From assembly GCF_009914755.1 (NCBI RefSeq), contig NC_060928.1: 64,000 bases of DNA, one strand, 5' to 3'. Under the pieces are notes generated by a model that worked only from the letters and a program-made list of their open reading frames with translations, was not told the DNA's origin and ran no database searches. The translations under genes and the position numbers were made by a program. Of this stretch, positions 1-17,240 are shown one piece after another; the first letter of the stretch is position 1; each line of letters starts with the position of its first letter. The stretch comes from the human T2T-CHM13v2.0 reference genome, Homo sapiens.

Positions 1-646
1 TAATTACAATATAGTCATTGGTGCTTGCCACACGCACAGACATAGAAGCAAAATAGTGTCAAATATTTAGTATCATACAGCACTAACAAAAGGTATCAAA
101 TAGATCAAACATATTTGCTATGGATGTTTTTTTCTGTTCAGACTGATGCATATCACAAGGGAAAAAAATAGTCATCCCATTTTTAAATGACTTCAGGTAA
201 CACCAAACCCCTTAGCAATCCTAATATTTAATTGGCCTAAAATTAACTCCCTAGTGACAAAAACGATACAGGAGTACAGAATTATGAAATCAGAGAACCA
301 AATAATTATCAGAATTAATATGCTCCTACCCTAAGAATTTGGGAATCTAAGATGCAGCTTTTCTGAGAGGGATAGAGATAGTCCATTTTTGTGTTGCTAA
401 TTTTATTTTTTTTCACACAGCTGCCTCATGGAAATATCATCATTAGATCCACTAGCAGGGGCTTTAATTTTATAGTCCTTCTATGACACTAAATAACCAA
501 GCAATAGGTTTCTCAGGAAACACACTGAGTGTCTGAAACAACTCACTCTGTGAATAACCATCAGGCCTTCTGATTCCTTAATTTTATTCTTAGATTTTTC
601 TTGATTTTTTTCTTAAATTCAATTTGTTATTTATCTGAGTACCTTG

Positions 647-650
<4 letters not shown>

Positions 651-715
<65 letters not shown>
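651..715. repeat. Compound microsatellite (CT)n(AT)n
   Basis: Read directly: CT run 651-692, then AT run to 715. Confidence 0.97.
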
Positions 716-834
716 CAAATGATAGAATTAGGCATGTTTCCTATCCCCATGGAAACGACAGCTTAATTAAATGATTTATGCAGTCTTTTCTGATATATTC
801 CTTCATATAGCCCTTAATAGTTTCAATCGTACTG

Positions 835-957
835 CAGTGAAGCTAGACAGGAGTAGGACATTTGTGTTCTTTTGTGCTGTACCTCTGGCATCTGGAACAA
901 TACTGGCACATAGAAACGGCTCATAAATCCTGACCAAGTGATTTGATCAATGAATAA
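835..957 (+). mobile_element. L2 3'-end fragment
   Basis: Resembles the L2 3' terminus (tctggaacaatactggcacatag...ctcataaat...aatgaat). Confidence 0.55.
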
Positions 958-1009
958 TCTCACATACACTATTTTATACAAGTAACTTTCCTATGGCCAA
1001 AAGAGAAAT

Positions 1010-1120
1010 CCTTTTGTAAATAATAAGACCAAGATGTAAAGAAGTAATTTACCAAAATCACACAATAAATAAGGGACAGAACTGAACACAGAATCGAGGT
1101 TCTTTGATTCCTCAGCTGCT
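1010..1120. mobile_element. MIR fragment
   Basis: MIR-core-like aagtaatttaccaaaatcacaca...ggacagaactg...gaggttctttgattcc. Confidence 0.5.
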
Positions 1121-1462
1121 GCAATTACCATGCACGGAGAATTGCATGGCTTGTGAATGACAAAGGAGATTATTGTGGAATGAAGTCAATGTCATCTACT
1201 CTTTCAGAGACTCAATATAGATTTTTTTTTTTCTGCTTTTAAGATAAAACTAAGGACAAGTTCTTTTTCCTCTAACAAGGTAGGTTTTTTAATGGAGAAT
1301 GCAGACTTACTGGATATGAGTTAAACAAAAGCAAACTTTAATATTGATAGCAGTAAGTGACATACTTAAGAAGAAAAATGGATGGTCCCAAACCCAGGGA
1401 AAACAAAGGGTTACACCTTTCATAATTTCAGGTAAAATGCCATGCAAACATGCATGCAGATT

Positions 1463-1568
1463 TCTCTCTCTCATCTCTCTCTCTCTCAATCTCAGTGTGT
1501 GTATGAAAGAGAGACACACACACACACACACACACACAGAGAGACAAAGAAAGACAGAGACAGAGAAA
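1463..1568. repeat. (TC)n / (CA)n / (GA)n simple repeat cluster
   Basis: Read directly; explains ORFs 1307-1636. Confidence 0.9.
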
Positions 1569-4539
1569 GAATGTGGCTAAAAGTGTACTTCTGCATGTGT
1601 CAGATCACAAGAAGCACTGCATCTGCTTTGGTCTGAGAGAGACAGTAATTCCACCATCATGAACCTGAGGTACAACAATTTGACAATCCGTCCTAGACAG
1701 AATGTCACTGAAATATGCTCTTTTATTGATCTATAACAGAGTACTGATGTGCAGCAATGGTCTTATTTTACACATAAGACCTCAGTTTTCTGAAAATGCA
1801 TCCTTGAACCCAATCACATTCCTAATTCAAAAAACAGTACATATATCTAAATTCAAATAACTTCAATATAATCAAGTTACATCATCTTGTTTGTAACTTT
1901 GGACCTAGTGGTGTCAACTACTGTGTACTGTCTTGTTAGGAAAGGGGTAAAGTCTTTGTACCAAGTAACTTTAGTTTGGAGATGCCTAACTATCCACCTG
2001 CTCAACCTTGATACATCCAGAGTAGACAGAAAAGCCTCTGGACAGAGGTGACTCTTAAACAGAGGCCTGACTGAGGGATACATAAACACAAGGAGAAAGT
2101 GCAGGAGCAAAATTATGTGTCCAGTAAAGATCTGGGCTCTCTGCAGGAATATGGAAAAGTCAGGCTGGTTGCAGGAAAGAGTGCAAGATGGATATAATGT
2201 ATGTGAGGTTTCCTTACCTCCCTTAACAATTTTAATTAATGATGTAACAGAGAAACAATTATAATTGGGTCTGTACTTTCCATCAGATCTAAGGAGCTCA
2301 AGTTCCTAGATTAAATCACTGAGTACTGATGGTACTGTTTGGTATATGAATACTTAAATATCACTACAGTGTTAATTACTATGCCATATTTGGATGGGTT
2401 CGTGTTTTCTCTCTTAAAATGCAGCTTAATGTCTAATAATAATAAAATTTTGACTTATTTCAAAAATACTGGTATATTTAACTATAGTAATTAAATTAAA
2501 AATATGGCTTGAGCTTAAAAATAAAAATATAAGGAGAAGATAATCATACAAAGGCCTAGGGAAAATGAAAATTACCAAAACAGGAGAAGTCTTTCTCCTA
2601 TGAGTTGACAAACCTTGCATCATAGTTGTTGGTCTTTCTTCCCCTAGAACCACCCCAACCCCGAGATGAAATGATACTACCTGGAGAAAAAGTTCAGGGC
2701 TGCAGTTTATAGAGAACACCATGTGGCACGCAGACTCTCCCTGTGTTGGCGGGCAGTGTGGTTGTGGGATGAGACTACGTTCTCCTCCTCATACTGTTGC
2801 TGACAGTTTTCTGTTTCTATAAGTGGTTTATCAATGAGCACTGAGTTTGCCAGGGGCATAATCCCAGGGAGCAGAAGGAGCTGGTGATGAGATAGAGGGA
2901 GATTATATTTTTCCACCTTTTTAATGGAACTCTGTAAAGGAAAGGCTGTGGTTTCCTCTCTACACCAGTACAGGATTCTGCACATAGTAAACTCTTATTA
3001 AGCTAAAATTATTAAAAAATAATAGACACCATTTGTCACTAGCTCTGTATTGTGATTTCATTTAGCATTAATTTCTTATAGCCATATTCTTATGACAAAG
3101 TATGTAATACTTGAACAAACAAAAGAAAATAGTAGTAAGTTTATATGGATTAGTAAATAATACACTAATACAATAATATTGAATAGTTTCAAAAACACAA
3201 TATGCTCCTAAAGCGGTACAGAAACCACTGAAAATACAATTTGCCTAATTAATGTCAGTTGATGTAATAAACCTCCCTTCAAAAAATTAATTACTTGGAT
3301 TTAAAATACATACACACACATACATATAGAGGCTGTAAAGGGCACCTTAATGAAAAAACTTTGCACATTCATCCTTTCCTATAGGCTAATATAACAAATA
3401 TCCTTTTTATAAGATACCATTAATATGTCTTCTCATTTGTAGTTAATTACTCTCCATCTGGCAATATCTCTTTTTTAAAAAAGAAAATTTTGATTTGCAT
3501 AAAAACAATTAGATGATCTATAACCTACAGTAATAATAAGCAAGTCAGGAAAAATACTGAGAAGAAAATTTTGCTCAGTCTAAGAATATGTTAATAATTT
3601 CCAGAGGGAGAATTTGAATACTGGCTAAATGTTTATGGCAAGGATATACTAGGAAAAAATTAACTCCATACTAGATGGTAAAACTTCTGATGTTGGACAT
3701 TTGGGTTCATTCACCACTGACTCTGTAGCAGTGACTTATCTTTGTACTTTGCAAATGCTGATTTTCTTGATTGAAATTACAAGACTTTAATAAAGGTCAT
3801 ATCCTTTAGTAGTGAAAGCACTGAATTAAAAAGACAAATAAAATTTTCCCAATGTTTAATTGTGAAAAAATTTCATGATTAGGCACAGGGTTATACATTT
3901 TTTAACGCAGGAATTTATATTGAATTATGGCTTCTGCACTGATAATTTTATTGGATGTAATAAATATAGAGTTATTAGATAAATTCAACATGTGCTGAAT
4001 TTAAAGAATTTTATGTCACTTGAACTTTTACATAAGTGTTTGTAAAATACTCTTGCCTAAGATGGAAGATTAGTGCAACTAACCTTTCAAGAAGGTCAAT
4101 TATAAAAAATTGCTACCTAATAGTATTCTAGCTGTCCATTTAATGTTCATCTAATAATTTTAAAATTATGTTTCAGAGTTGCATTGACTGAAAATTATAT
4201 GGAGCTTGGTAATGATAAAATATTTCAAGGCTGAAGTTTTATTAAAATACAAGAATTGGCATGGTGCTCCTTTACTTTTTACCAAGGGAGGGATTATGCA
4301 GCAGAGGAGACAGTGATATATCATCTTTAAGCAGATAATGTTTTATTTAGGTCAAGACAGCTGAATATGAGTCTGGGCATCCAAAATTCACCCTAATCCT
4401 CAGAGACATTTATGTTAATAATCTCTTGCAAGGCACTCTAACTCTTACTATTTTGTAAGATTTAGTAAGTAATAAGTAATACAATTTAGACCAATGTAGA
4501 ATTTAGTGTTTAAGGAGAAAATGCCATTAGAACTGCTAC

Positions 4540-4990
4540 ATCCGCTTGCCATCTTTATCTCCATTGCTCTAGTCCAACCTGCCATCTCTCACCTGAACCA
4601 TGCAACAGCCTTCTCACTAGGCTACTTAATATCCATTCTAGACAACATTTACCTTCCTAAAACTTGTTTTCAATTCTGCAACCAGAGAAATCTTCTCAAA
4701 GTAAAATTCTCATCATCTCATTTCCTTATTTAAAATCCTATTTTACTGGAGTCCCACTGCTCATAGGATGAAAACAAAATCTTAGTAGGTCTTGCAAGCT
4801 CCCACAGTGTGGGGTCCCCATTGCCTCTCCCACTTTAGCCACCTAAGCCTTCTTTAGCTCCTCATACCCACCAACCTTCTCCCTCCACAAAACATTTGTG
4901 TGAACACGTCCTCTGCCTAAATACATTGGCCTCCTTTGACTAATTAACTCCCACTCTCCCTTCAATGTTAGCTCCCAAATTAGGTAAAAA
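4540..4990 (+). mobile_element. L2 fragment
   Basis: ctagtccaacctgccatctctcacctgaacc...aacagccttctcactagg is a typical L2 motif; boundaries approximate. Confidence 0.6.
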
Positions 4991-6214
4991 TTTTCTTTTT
5001 AAGGCTTTCATGGTCTTGTGTATCTTTTTGTATCATATACACAAGACACACACAATCATATATATGTATACACACACAAGCGCATTATATTTGTACACTA
5101 TGTATGTCTAATTTTTAGCACACACTAAGGCATAATAAGTTATATTAACTATGTTCAAGAACTACAACTAATTTCACGCTAGGGAATAGACAAAGAAAAG
5201 ACTTCAATTTGAAGACACAAAAGTGGCATTCTAATAAAATTCTAAAATCTTACAAAATAAAACCCCCTGAAATAGTACCATTCCAAGTTATTTATTTCCA
5301 TGACAGTTTTTTGATAACTTTTCTATAATGAGCAGTGCTAAATTATGATGCTTCTTCGGGAAGGTGATTATATTTTTAGTACGATGAAATAGATGTGATA
5401 AGCGCTGCTTAGAACTTGACAATATAGTCCTAGCTCAAAGATTTTCTATAAATAAAATTATTCTTCCTTAGATTTATGATCTTCTTTTTATATTGTGGCA
5501 ACACAGTCCATGAACTACTGTTATTTTTAAATTTGGTTTCAAGTTAATGTATTTTAGCTAAGGACTATGCCACAGGTTCTTGAAATTCTATTTTTAGTAT
5601 CACATTATAAATTCTCTGAATATAGACAAAATTAAATCATTTGCCAGTGTCAGCTTTTTCTCTTGGGACTCAATCATGCATACAACCTATAATAGACAAT
5701 TCATGCTGTACAATTAGAACTTCAGGTAAAAGGTAATTTTTTCTCTTCTTTTTCTCTGAAATTCATTAACATAAACTAATGAATGAAATTCACAGATAAA
5801 CATTACATTGACAAATAATTAAAAGCTATGAAACACTAATAGGTTTTTCCTAAAGACATTAATATGTAGACATAATGTGGCTCCCTCTAGATCTCTGTGC
5901 TCTTCTCTAGACCACATAGTGTAATCGGAGCCTGACATAGGTCAATACAGTGAATAAAGATAGAATAATTTAGAAAAGATTTAAAAATATAATCACTAAA
6001 CTTGACTAATAAATATATAGCAATTTTTAAATATTTCTATAAAATATTTTCAAAAACAAAATTGACCTTGTTAAGGTCAAAAAGCAAGAATTGTACAGAA
6101 TGCATTTTCTAAGGTAGGTATATAGGTATCAGAGAAAACAAGGCATATTAGTAAGTAAAAAAAGCAACTTGCAAAGAAATATAAGTTCATTTTTCTCAAA
6201 GAATATCATCTCTC

Positions 6215-6248
6215 TCCTTCCTTCCTTCCTTCCATCCTTCCTTCCTTC
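6215..6248. repeat. (CCTT)n microsatellite
   Basis: Read directly. Confidence 0.9.
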
Positions 6249-7029
6249 TATACATGTATCCATAACATATAATATATACACATTGTTAGTGTTTACATGT
6301 ACATTTATAAAAGCGTCTGATGTATGTGCAAGAAAAACCAGTTACAATACTGTTACACAGATTTTACAATCATATATTTTAAATTAAATAAATGATTCTA
6401 AATTAAAAAAAGAAGAAGCTTCCCAAGTCAGCTACACAGTGATGCTCAATATATGCAAGACTCCTGTTATTAGAAATTAGTAATTTGATATTCTTTATAC
6501 TTTTCCAACCTCATATTTTTCCTCTGAAAATTTAAGTTCACATTTTTGTGCTATACTTAATGGAGATATAAAATATCTAGACATAAGACTTCTTATTTTA
6601 AAGAAAAACCATTCATGTCAAATGATAGAGTCTCAGAATTTGAAGTGACCAAGAGATCAAAGTGTAAATCCCTTATTTTTAAGCTGAAGCATTTAAACTT
6701 AAAGACTATTACCAATTTAGCCTTAACTTCCCTCAGCCTAATATTAAAAAGTTCTAGTTCTTATACTTTCCTCTTATTTTATATTTTTACAACTGTTAAC
6801 TTTTTCCATTCTCTAATTGTTTGATCACTAAATTTTAACAGGTTATATGACTTCAGGATTCAAAAAGTAAAATGTTAAAAAGCAATACACATTAAAAACT
6901 CACCTCAAATCTCTATTCCCATCTACCCAATCTAATTCAATTCACTCTACATAATCATACTTATTATTGCCAAATGAATGTATGATTTATCTTTTAACTT
7001 TCCCAATGTAATGCATAAAAAGTGGTATT

Positions 7030-7345
7030 TGAGAATTATCTGTTCAAATCTTTACTTTTTGATCCACTGAGTATTTGGTCTATTTCTTTATAATCTTTTG
7101 TTTGTGATAAGAGTAGAAAATCTTTTCCCCATTTTTTCATTTACCTTTTGACTTTGTGAGATCTGTTGCTATGTAAAAGCTTCTAATTTTTATGTGGTCA
7201 AAAGCATCAATCTTTTCTTTCAATTTTCTTAATTTTGAATTCCAGAAAAGCCTTCTCACTCTGTGGTTATAAATAAATACCCTACGTTTTCTTCCAGAAG
7301 TTTTGTTGCTTTGTTTAAATGTACATTTTTAACTTTTGGAGCCAA
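7030..7345 (-). mobile_element. Old L1M fragment
   Basis: Antisense L1M ORF2-like text (ttttatgtggtcaaaagcatcaatcttttc...agaaaagccttctcac). Confidence 0.55.
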
Positions 7346-8599
7346 AATTATTCCAGGCTGATGCCATATACCACACATAGTGCTGGGTGATGCAGCATTG
7401 ACAAGATAAGCAGGTAACCACCATCATGGAATGTAAAATACAGCAGAGGAAGAAGCCAACCATAACCCGGATTCAAATAAAGTGCAATGGAATTCATGAG
7501 ACATAAAGGTCAGGATTGTATGGGAGCATATAACAGGGACATTTAATCAAGTCTAGGAGAGAAGAAAAGAAAATAATCATCATGGGAAAGTGACATTTAG
7601 GAAGAGGTAGGAAAGAAAACTACTGGTCCTTAGTCCACTGAAGGAGGAAGCAGAGGAAAGAGGCAAGAAGAATGAAAGTGCTCCAGGAAGAGGTTCGCTT
7701 TAGAACATTCCAGCCTCTTGGAGTACAATCTTCAAAGTCTTGTATGAAATCTATAATTCCTTGGTGGGAGGGAGGCAATAATGGGAAAACATAAGAAATT
7801 TTTTAAAAACCCTGAGGTTCAGATATAGGTATTGCTCGATACAACAGTGGCAGAAACTCATAAAGTGTAAAGCTGGTTTGCTCAACACCACAATATGAGA
7901 TTTTACAACTTTTTCCCGATATAATTCTTCAGTTTTCCATTTACAGTTTCTATCCCTTCACTCACCCCATTGATTATAGGTACAAATTTGCAAGATTTGA
8001 TTTGAAATAAACTGAGAAAACAGTATCTCCCTCAAATATTATCTATATGCTTTTGCCACATACCTCTTTTTCAATCTTTCCATATCACCTATTTGGTGAA
8101 TAGTTATCCACTTTTAGCTTCCACATTGAAGAGAAAGTAATTCTTTCTACCAAAAGAGTTACATGTCCATTGTTACATACACAAAACACAAAAGGATACA
8201 CTCTGCACTGATGGACGTGGATTGTGTCTGAAATAAAAAGGGTTATACCAGTTAAATAGTAGCAAGAAGTCTGCCTAACCTATTGATAGAAAACAAACCT
8301 CCATAGAAATTAGTTGATAAAGACTCATACAGAATAATATGCTTAAACAATAACATAATCAAACATGAATTCCCTTGGTGGTATGGCCCGTCAAGTAATG
8401 ATCAACTCCCAATGTTGACCTGACCATTTGAGATACACAGGAAAGGCCCAAGCCTCATCAGACCTGTCCTTGTAGTCTCAGCTAGCCATAATGCCTAAAT
8501 GTAATTCCAAGATTCTGAGTGATTATAAATGGATCCTAATACCCAAACCTACATAGAGTATGTTGTCTAAAAATATTGGTACAGCAAAATAAAAAGAGC

Positions 8600-8722
8600 T
8601 CTTTGGATGGCTGGTAGTGACAGTGGCACAACTAAGTGAATGTACTTAATGTCACTGAACTATAAAATTAAAAATGATTAAGATGGTAAATTTCATATTG
8701 TTTGTATCTTATCACAATTTTA
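8600..8722 (+). mobile_element. L1MB/L1MC-type 3' end
   Basis: gtgaatgtacttaatgtcactgaact...aagatggtaaatttcatattg...tcacaatttt is the characteristic L1M 3' terminus. Confidence 0.75.
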
Positions 8723-9609
8723 ATGAGACATAAGGATTTAAAAATCAAAACAAAATTTTAAAAATGTGCATTAACAATATAAATATGTCATTCTAGACAA
8801 ACTCATTTTATTTTCCTCACAAAATTCTTTAAGAATTATATTTTGATGCCCAGGATGTGTGTTGGGAATGGGCAAAAATATCAGTAAACCTCAACTCTGA
8901 TGGTGATTTGTGTTTGTATTTGCTGTATGTTGCATTAGCATACTACATTAGTTTTAGCTAAGACTCTAATACTAATATTTTCAGATAAACATTGTAACAC
9001 ACATAAGGCATCTGAGTGAATGGTTATTTTTGATTGAATTTGTCTTTTATTTAAAAGACAAAAATATTGCCATCACTATATCCAATAACTTCATTTGGAA
9101 AATTTCTTTCCACACTTAACCAGTCTTGAGTCCTGCACATGTCAAATAAGTTTTATCTAATATGTTACCATATACTAGCAAAACAGGTTTTATTATAAAG
9201 TAATATATACTGCCAGACAACATTAAGTACTGAGAGACATAAGGATTGTTGAAGAGCAATATATTTCTACGATTAAATTTCATGTTTGTTTTCATGACAT
9301 CTGAGGCTCACTTATCTAAAGGAAGAGCTATTAACTCAAATATTTGCTACAAACTCTGGAGAGTTTGAAAGTAGACTTTTTTTCCCATTGAGATAAGAAG
9401 ATACCTATATGATCTATACAAAATAAATTACTTATTTTCAGAAAAAGTAAACACTAAAATTGCTTCTAAATTGTAGAAGATATTAAAACTAGTCACACAC
9501 ACACACACACACACAAAAAAAAAAACATTTCAAGACAATATTTAAAGTTCTTAGCAAGAGTCTATGATTTTATTGAGGGTTTAATAAGACAAATGCCAAT
9601 TTCTGGTTT

Positions 9610-9897
<288 letters not shown>

Positions 9898-10824
9898 AAT
9901 TTCTGGTTTTAATAATCGTTGAAAATGCAGTAATCCTGAAGCCCCATAATCACCAACGTGAATAACGTGTTAAATTCAGGATCTCCTTGAGGGTAGAAAA
10001 ATTGTGTCAACTAATCATTACTTTGGTGAATGGCTCTCTTTTTTAAAAAACCTGTCATCCTCAAAGAATTGATATCATTTAGCCATGCTCTATGTGATTC
10101 TATTTTGTAAAAAATTGAGAACCAATACACTGCTCACTTCCAACTTTCTACTACTTACTTTTATTCAAGCAGCAATGCACTCTATGAGCCAGTGCAATCT
10201 TTTTGGCTTCTATTTGGAAGGGTGACTTTTGTGTTATCTGACCCTACTGTTCCATTCTTAAAAGCAGAAACAGTATGATCTGAGGTGAAGAGGAAAAGCT
10301 CTCCCACTCCCAGTTAAAAACTCAGATTTTGCTCAGATCTGTCTTTCTGTACTTTCTTAGTGACAGAAGCTCACATGAATAAAAGCCTCAGGGCAATGTT
10401 GAGCTATTTAAGAACTCTAAGTTTTGAGCTAAAGACCTCTGAAGAGTTCATTCTTATCTCCTACCATTTAATTAGCTAGATATTATCAGGTTCTTTGTAA
10501 TATAATGGTTATTCTTAAGTACGCTACCTGTGGACAGGGCATTGAAGGTGTGTGACTAAATCCCAAAATTAGAGAGGAATGTAACCAAAGACTCTAGGTT
10601 AGAGCAAGGATGTCTAAGGTGTCGAAAGTAGTTTCCATGTTTGTGAATCAATTATTTATAAGTATTATTACTATTAAAAGCAATATGACTTGAGATGGTA
10701 TCAATTGCCTTCAACTATGGCTGAAGCAATCTTTTTTTTTTTTTGCATGAAATGCACATAATCTTCTGATCTTGCTCAACCCTCAACATCTGCACACCTT
10801 TTATGGGCACCGGGTGCACTTGTG

Positions 10825-11390
10825 TGTTAGGGAGATAGTCTCCAAGAATTTGGTATTTCTGCTCATCCTCTAAGAAAAAGGCATTGACAGCTTTGTTCGA
10901 GGAAATCTACAAAGCTGTTGTGGGGACAGGGAGTAGATTTGCTTATGCACCAGGGTCATAAAACTAGGTCTGCCCCCCTCCTGGAGATGTTCCAGGGTGA
11001 TAGAGAAAGGGTCTCCCTCTGGATCAGAGGCAGATTGGTTTCCTGACCAAGAAAATATGAATAATGTCTTTCTCTAAAGTGGAGGATGAGCAGGTTTGCT
11101 TGAAGTCCCCTTATAAGTCTGGATTTCCAACGCTCCTCAGTTGTGGCACAGACCCGCCATGTGTATAGTATCTACCCAGGCTTCCTCCACATCGCCCCCA
11201 TAGGACCTGGGGGGATGGGGATTTGATGTGAACTTGAAGCTCATGCTGTCTGCTGTGCTGTGAGTAATAAACAGCTACATCATTCGGGTGTGTTGTCTCC
11301 TCACTGACTGAATCTATGGAAGCCTGGCAAGGGCAACTGGCAGCTGCAATATTTGCTGCTGCTTAGGTTCTGCTTGAGCACTTGACAACA
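10825..11390 (+). mobile_element. Solo ERVL LTR (LTR40-like)
   Basis: Begins tgttagggagatagtctcc, has an internal aataaa near 11266 and ends ttgaca. Resembles the LTR40 consensus from memory. Confidence 0.65.
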
Positions 11391-11935
11391 CGGATCCCAG
11401 TTGTAGGTAAATAAAGAGAAATCAATACAACGTTTTTAGTAATAAAAATAAAGCATAGCCTTTAAAAGTGACTAGTCACAATTGTTTCATGTAATGATAG
11501 GAATTATATTATTTATAACTATTTTCATCAACATAGGTCTATTCAGCCTTGATGGCAGACAGCTTGTTTTGCATGTCACTTTCCCCATCTTTTTTTGACT
11601 CTTTAAATCTCAAATTGGAAAATCTAGTAAACCTATAAATTATTGTAAATGGCAATTATTTCTAACACTGTGAAGCCCTTCAGAATACTCAGATTGAACA
11701 TGGGCTCAGAAATTCTGAGTGTTTTCTTATAATTTTCCATTAAGGGCCATTTCTAGCACTCCTTCAAATGCCAAGTCAGCGAGCAGGGCAATTAAAACTC
11801 GAAAGCCGAGGGCGACATAGAGAATCCACATCTGATTTTTGAATGCCTACAGTCCCAGAAATTATTTCTCTCTGCTTTTGCCACGTTTGGTTGTGTTTTT
11901 TACATACGATCAAGTATATATACACAAATACTTTC

Positions 11936-14400
<2,465 letters not shown>

Positions 14401-16650
14401 TACTTTCCCAAAGGAAAAATTTTTAGAGAGACTATCTGAGAATGTCCAACTTTTGACTGTTGAGTTTCATCTTCATATGAAATCCTTTTATATTTGCATG
14501 ATAGGAAGTCTTTCTCCTTCAGTCTTGAAGCAACAGGTTCAGACTTTTTAGGGCAGAGGACACATTACTGAGCTAGCCACCTGGGCATGTCTCTTGAAAT
14601 CATGGTACCCCTTTTTGTACTTTTAGTATCAAGAAGCAATTGTTTTTATTGTTGTTTCTCTGTTGTTATTGTTGTGTGTTTGTTTCATTGCAAACACTCG
14701 GGAAATTATCTTTCCCTCAATGGTCAGCTGACCTCAGGATAGATCCACAGAATTGTGCAAATCTCTTTGCATACTGAAAAGAATGTCATTGTCTGACAGT
14801 GATTGGATCATAATAATAATTTTCACCATTTTCTTCAACATGCAATGTAAACAAGATTCGGAGTATGGATTGAACGTCGATGCAAAATTCTTTATTAATT
14901 AAAGTAAGCATGTTCTTTCTTAATCCTCATATAGCTGAAGTTGAATCACCATTGCATACCTCCCTTATGCTGTGTTTGCACAAATGCCAAGAGCAAATTC
15001 ATACTCTGCATATTAATTGATTACTACAGCTATAAAATACAGTATCTGTTAGAATACATATTAGAAAGTAATTGCTTTTACAGAATATGTCATTAATTTA
15101 GTGTGTCATCACGCATTGTTATTTAACAAAGAAATGTTGCCAATAACTCATTTTGTTTTCTCTCTGAGTATAATATTTGTAATTATCTTTGCAATTGTCT
15201 CTACAAATTTTTTGGAAATAGTATCATTTATTCTTCTTTTTGCTTTGAGGAATGCAAGTTTGAATGATGGCTCTAAAGTTGTGTGTCTTCTCTACAAACA
15301 ATTATGGCGTTAATCAAGTTTGTACAGGGAAATGTAATTTTGCACTTGTTCTGAAAAATCACAATTTGGCAAAGTTTTATAAGTAATATGTTAAAAACTC
15401 GAGGCAAATGGATTGTTGGAATCCAATATAGTCTAGTTTTCTGAGAGTCATACTTCTTACTTGTCCCATTTTTAAATGGATTTCTTTGAAATCTCTACAA
15501 TCACACTTGCTGACAGATACATATTCACATCCTATATTTTTACTCAAATCCTATTCATGATAAATATTTAGTATATCATATGTGTTGTAACATTGTGTTT
15601 CTATTCTTATCATTGTAATTATGACTCAGGAATTGCTTTTGGGACATTAGTTTATCTGGGGAAACTAGTACTAGAACACGACCAATGGTAAAATATGACA
15701 ACTTAAAATTTAATAAGCCTACATAAAACAAACCAACGACAAGAATAATCTCAAGAACGATTGTACCTCACTAAGTAAATATTAGGTAGAAAACTGACAT
15801 TGCAGTGCATTCCCAAGAATTAAGAGCATAATTATTACTAAAAACAGAACAGAATTTCTATAAAGATTATCTTAATTTGTAAATAGCTAAGTATACGATT
15901 ATATTTATTCATAGTTTACTCTAAAAGTTCATAGTGTCTGTAACCAGGAATTTGTTGATTATATTTTAAAACAATATTCTTTTAAATTCATACATCATTG
16001 CTTTACTTTCACCTTAGGATTTACTATTTACTTATATAAGTTTAGGAGAATTTAGTTTTTAAAGCCACAAACTGATTAATTATGCTCAGCTTCAAAGTAA
16101 ACATTATGATGCAAACTCTTCTATCATGAGCCCTCATAAGAGAGTCAATCATTCAGGCAGCCAATACCAGCAAAGTAAAAAGTTAGTGATCTCTGACCTT
16201 CTTGTTTCCATCATTCAACAAGTATTAACTGAGACTTTTTGGACACTATAGAATAAAGTGGGCTCCTCTTGTCCAAATGTTTCAAGTGGCAAGTTACAAG
16301 TTATAATTTTGGAATATACAAGGAATTAAAAAACACTTCAGTCACTCTTGAAGCACCTGGGGCTATTTCTGTAGTAATATTGGATTTCTTCCCCCAAACA
16401 AGATAACAAAACAATAAATCATAAAAGTTAAAAGTATGAAACATTTATAAAATTTTTAGAGGTGCATTCAAGTTAGGCATGCCAGAAAGTCCTCTTCCCC
16501 TTAAGAAATTATTCAAACCACTATACTAGGAACTTGCAGCTGCTATGCCAATGACCTTTGTCTTCTGCTAGGCACTTTTCGGAAGAAGCATTCCTTATGA
16601 AAAGTTCTAGGCACAATTTGAGTTTCTGAAAATGGTTAGAGGGAGGACAC

Positions 16651-17240
16651 TGTTACCGACTGCAGTGCCTGTGTGACTTATCTGTATCCCTACCCGGCTC
16701 TTGTTGCCAAATGCCTACACCTGTGTGATATAGCTAAATTCTTACTCAGCTCTAACTCTGCTTATTTTTAGGAAACAGGATGTCTGTGGTCAGAGGTTAC
16801 CTCTTAGGCAGCTTATTTGACCTCTGAAGGACCTCTAGCTTCATTATTATCCAATTTTCACACTAAATGACACTCCCACTGGTGCCATGACACTTGACAA
16901 TCACCGTGAATCACCTTTTTCGGAAGATGCCAAAAAAGAACAAAAAAGAGGACTCTCCTTGATTCCAAGAAAATCTCCGTCCCTTTCCAAGAAAAAGCAT
17001 GACTATTCTTCTGCTTGTTCTTAATGCCCCATACCTTCATTAAAGATACCCTATATCTGTAACTTCCCAGTTCTCAGGAGCCGAGAAGTTGATTTGCGAG
17101 CTATGCTCCCAGTTATCCAATTCCACGGCCATTGGAATAAAGCCTGCACTGCTTAACTCTCACTTTTGGTTTTGTCTATTGGCTTCATGACACAGAACAG
17201 GAAAGATCTTCTTTTGGAATAATGAGGACCTCCAGTAAGA
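16651..17240 (+). mobile_element. Solo LTR (MER54/MER74/MER88-like ERVL)
   Basis: tgttacc start, aataaa near 17135, cagtaaga end; subfamily uncertain. Confidence 0.55.

Noticed and set aside
1307-1636. ORFs with CVCV/HTHT/IYIY runs here and at 23337, 26521, 34887-35218, 35660 and 50002-50486
   Set aside because: Products of simple repeats and low-complexity DNA.
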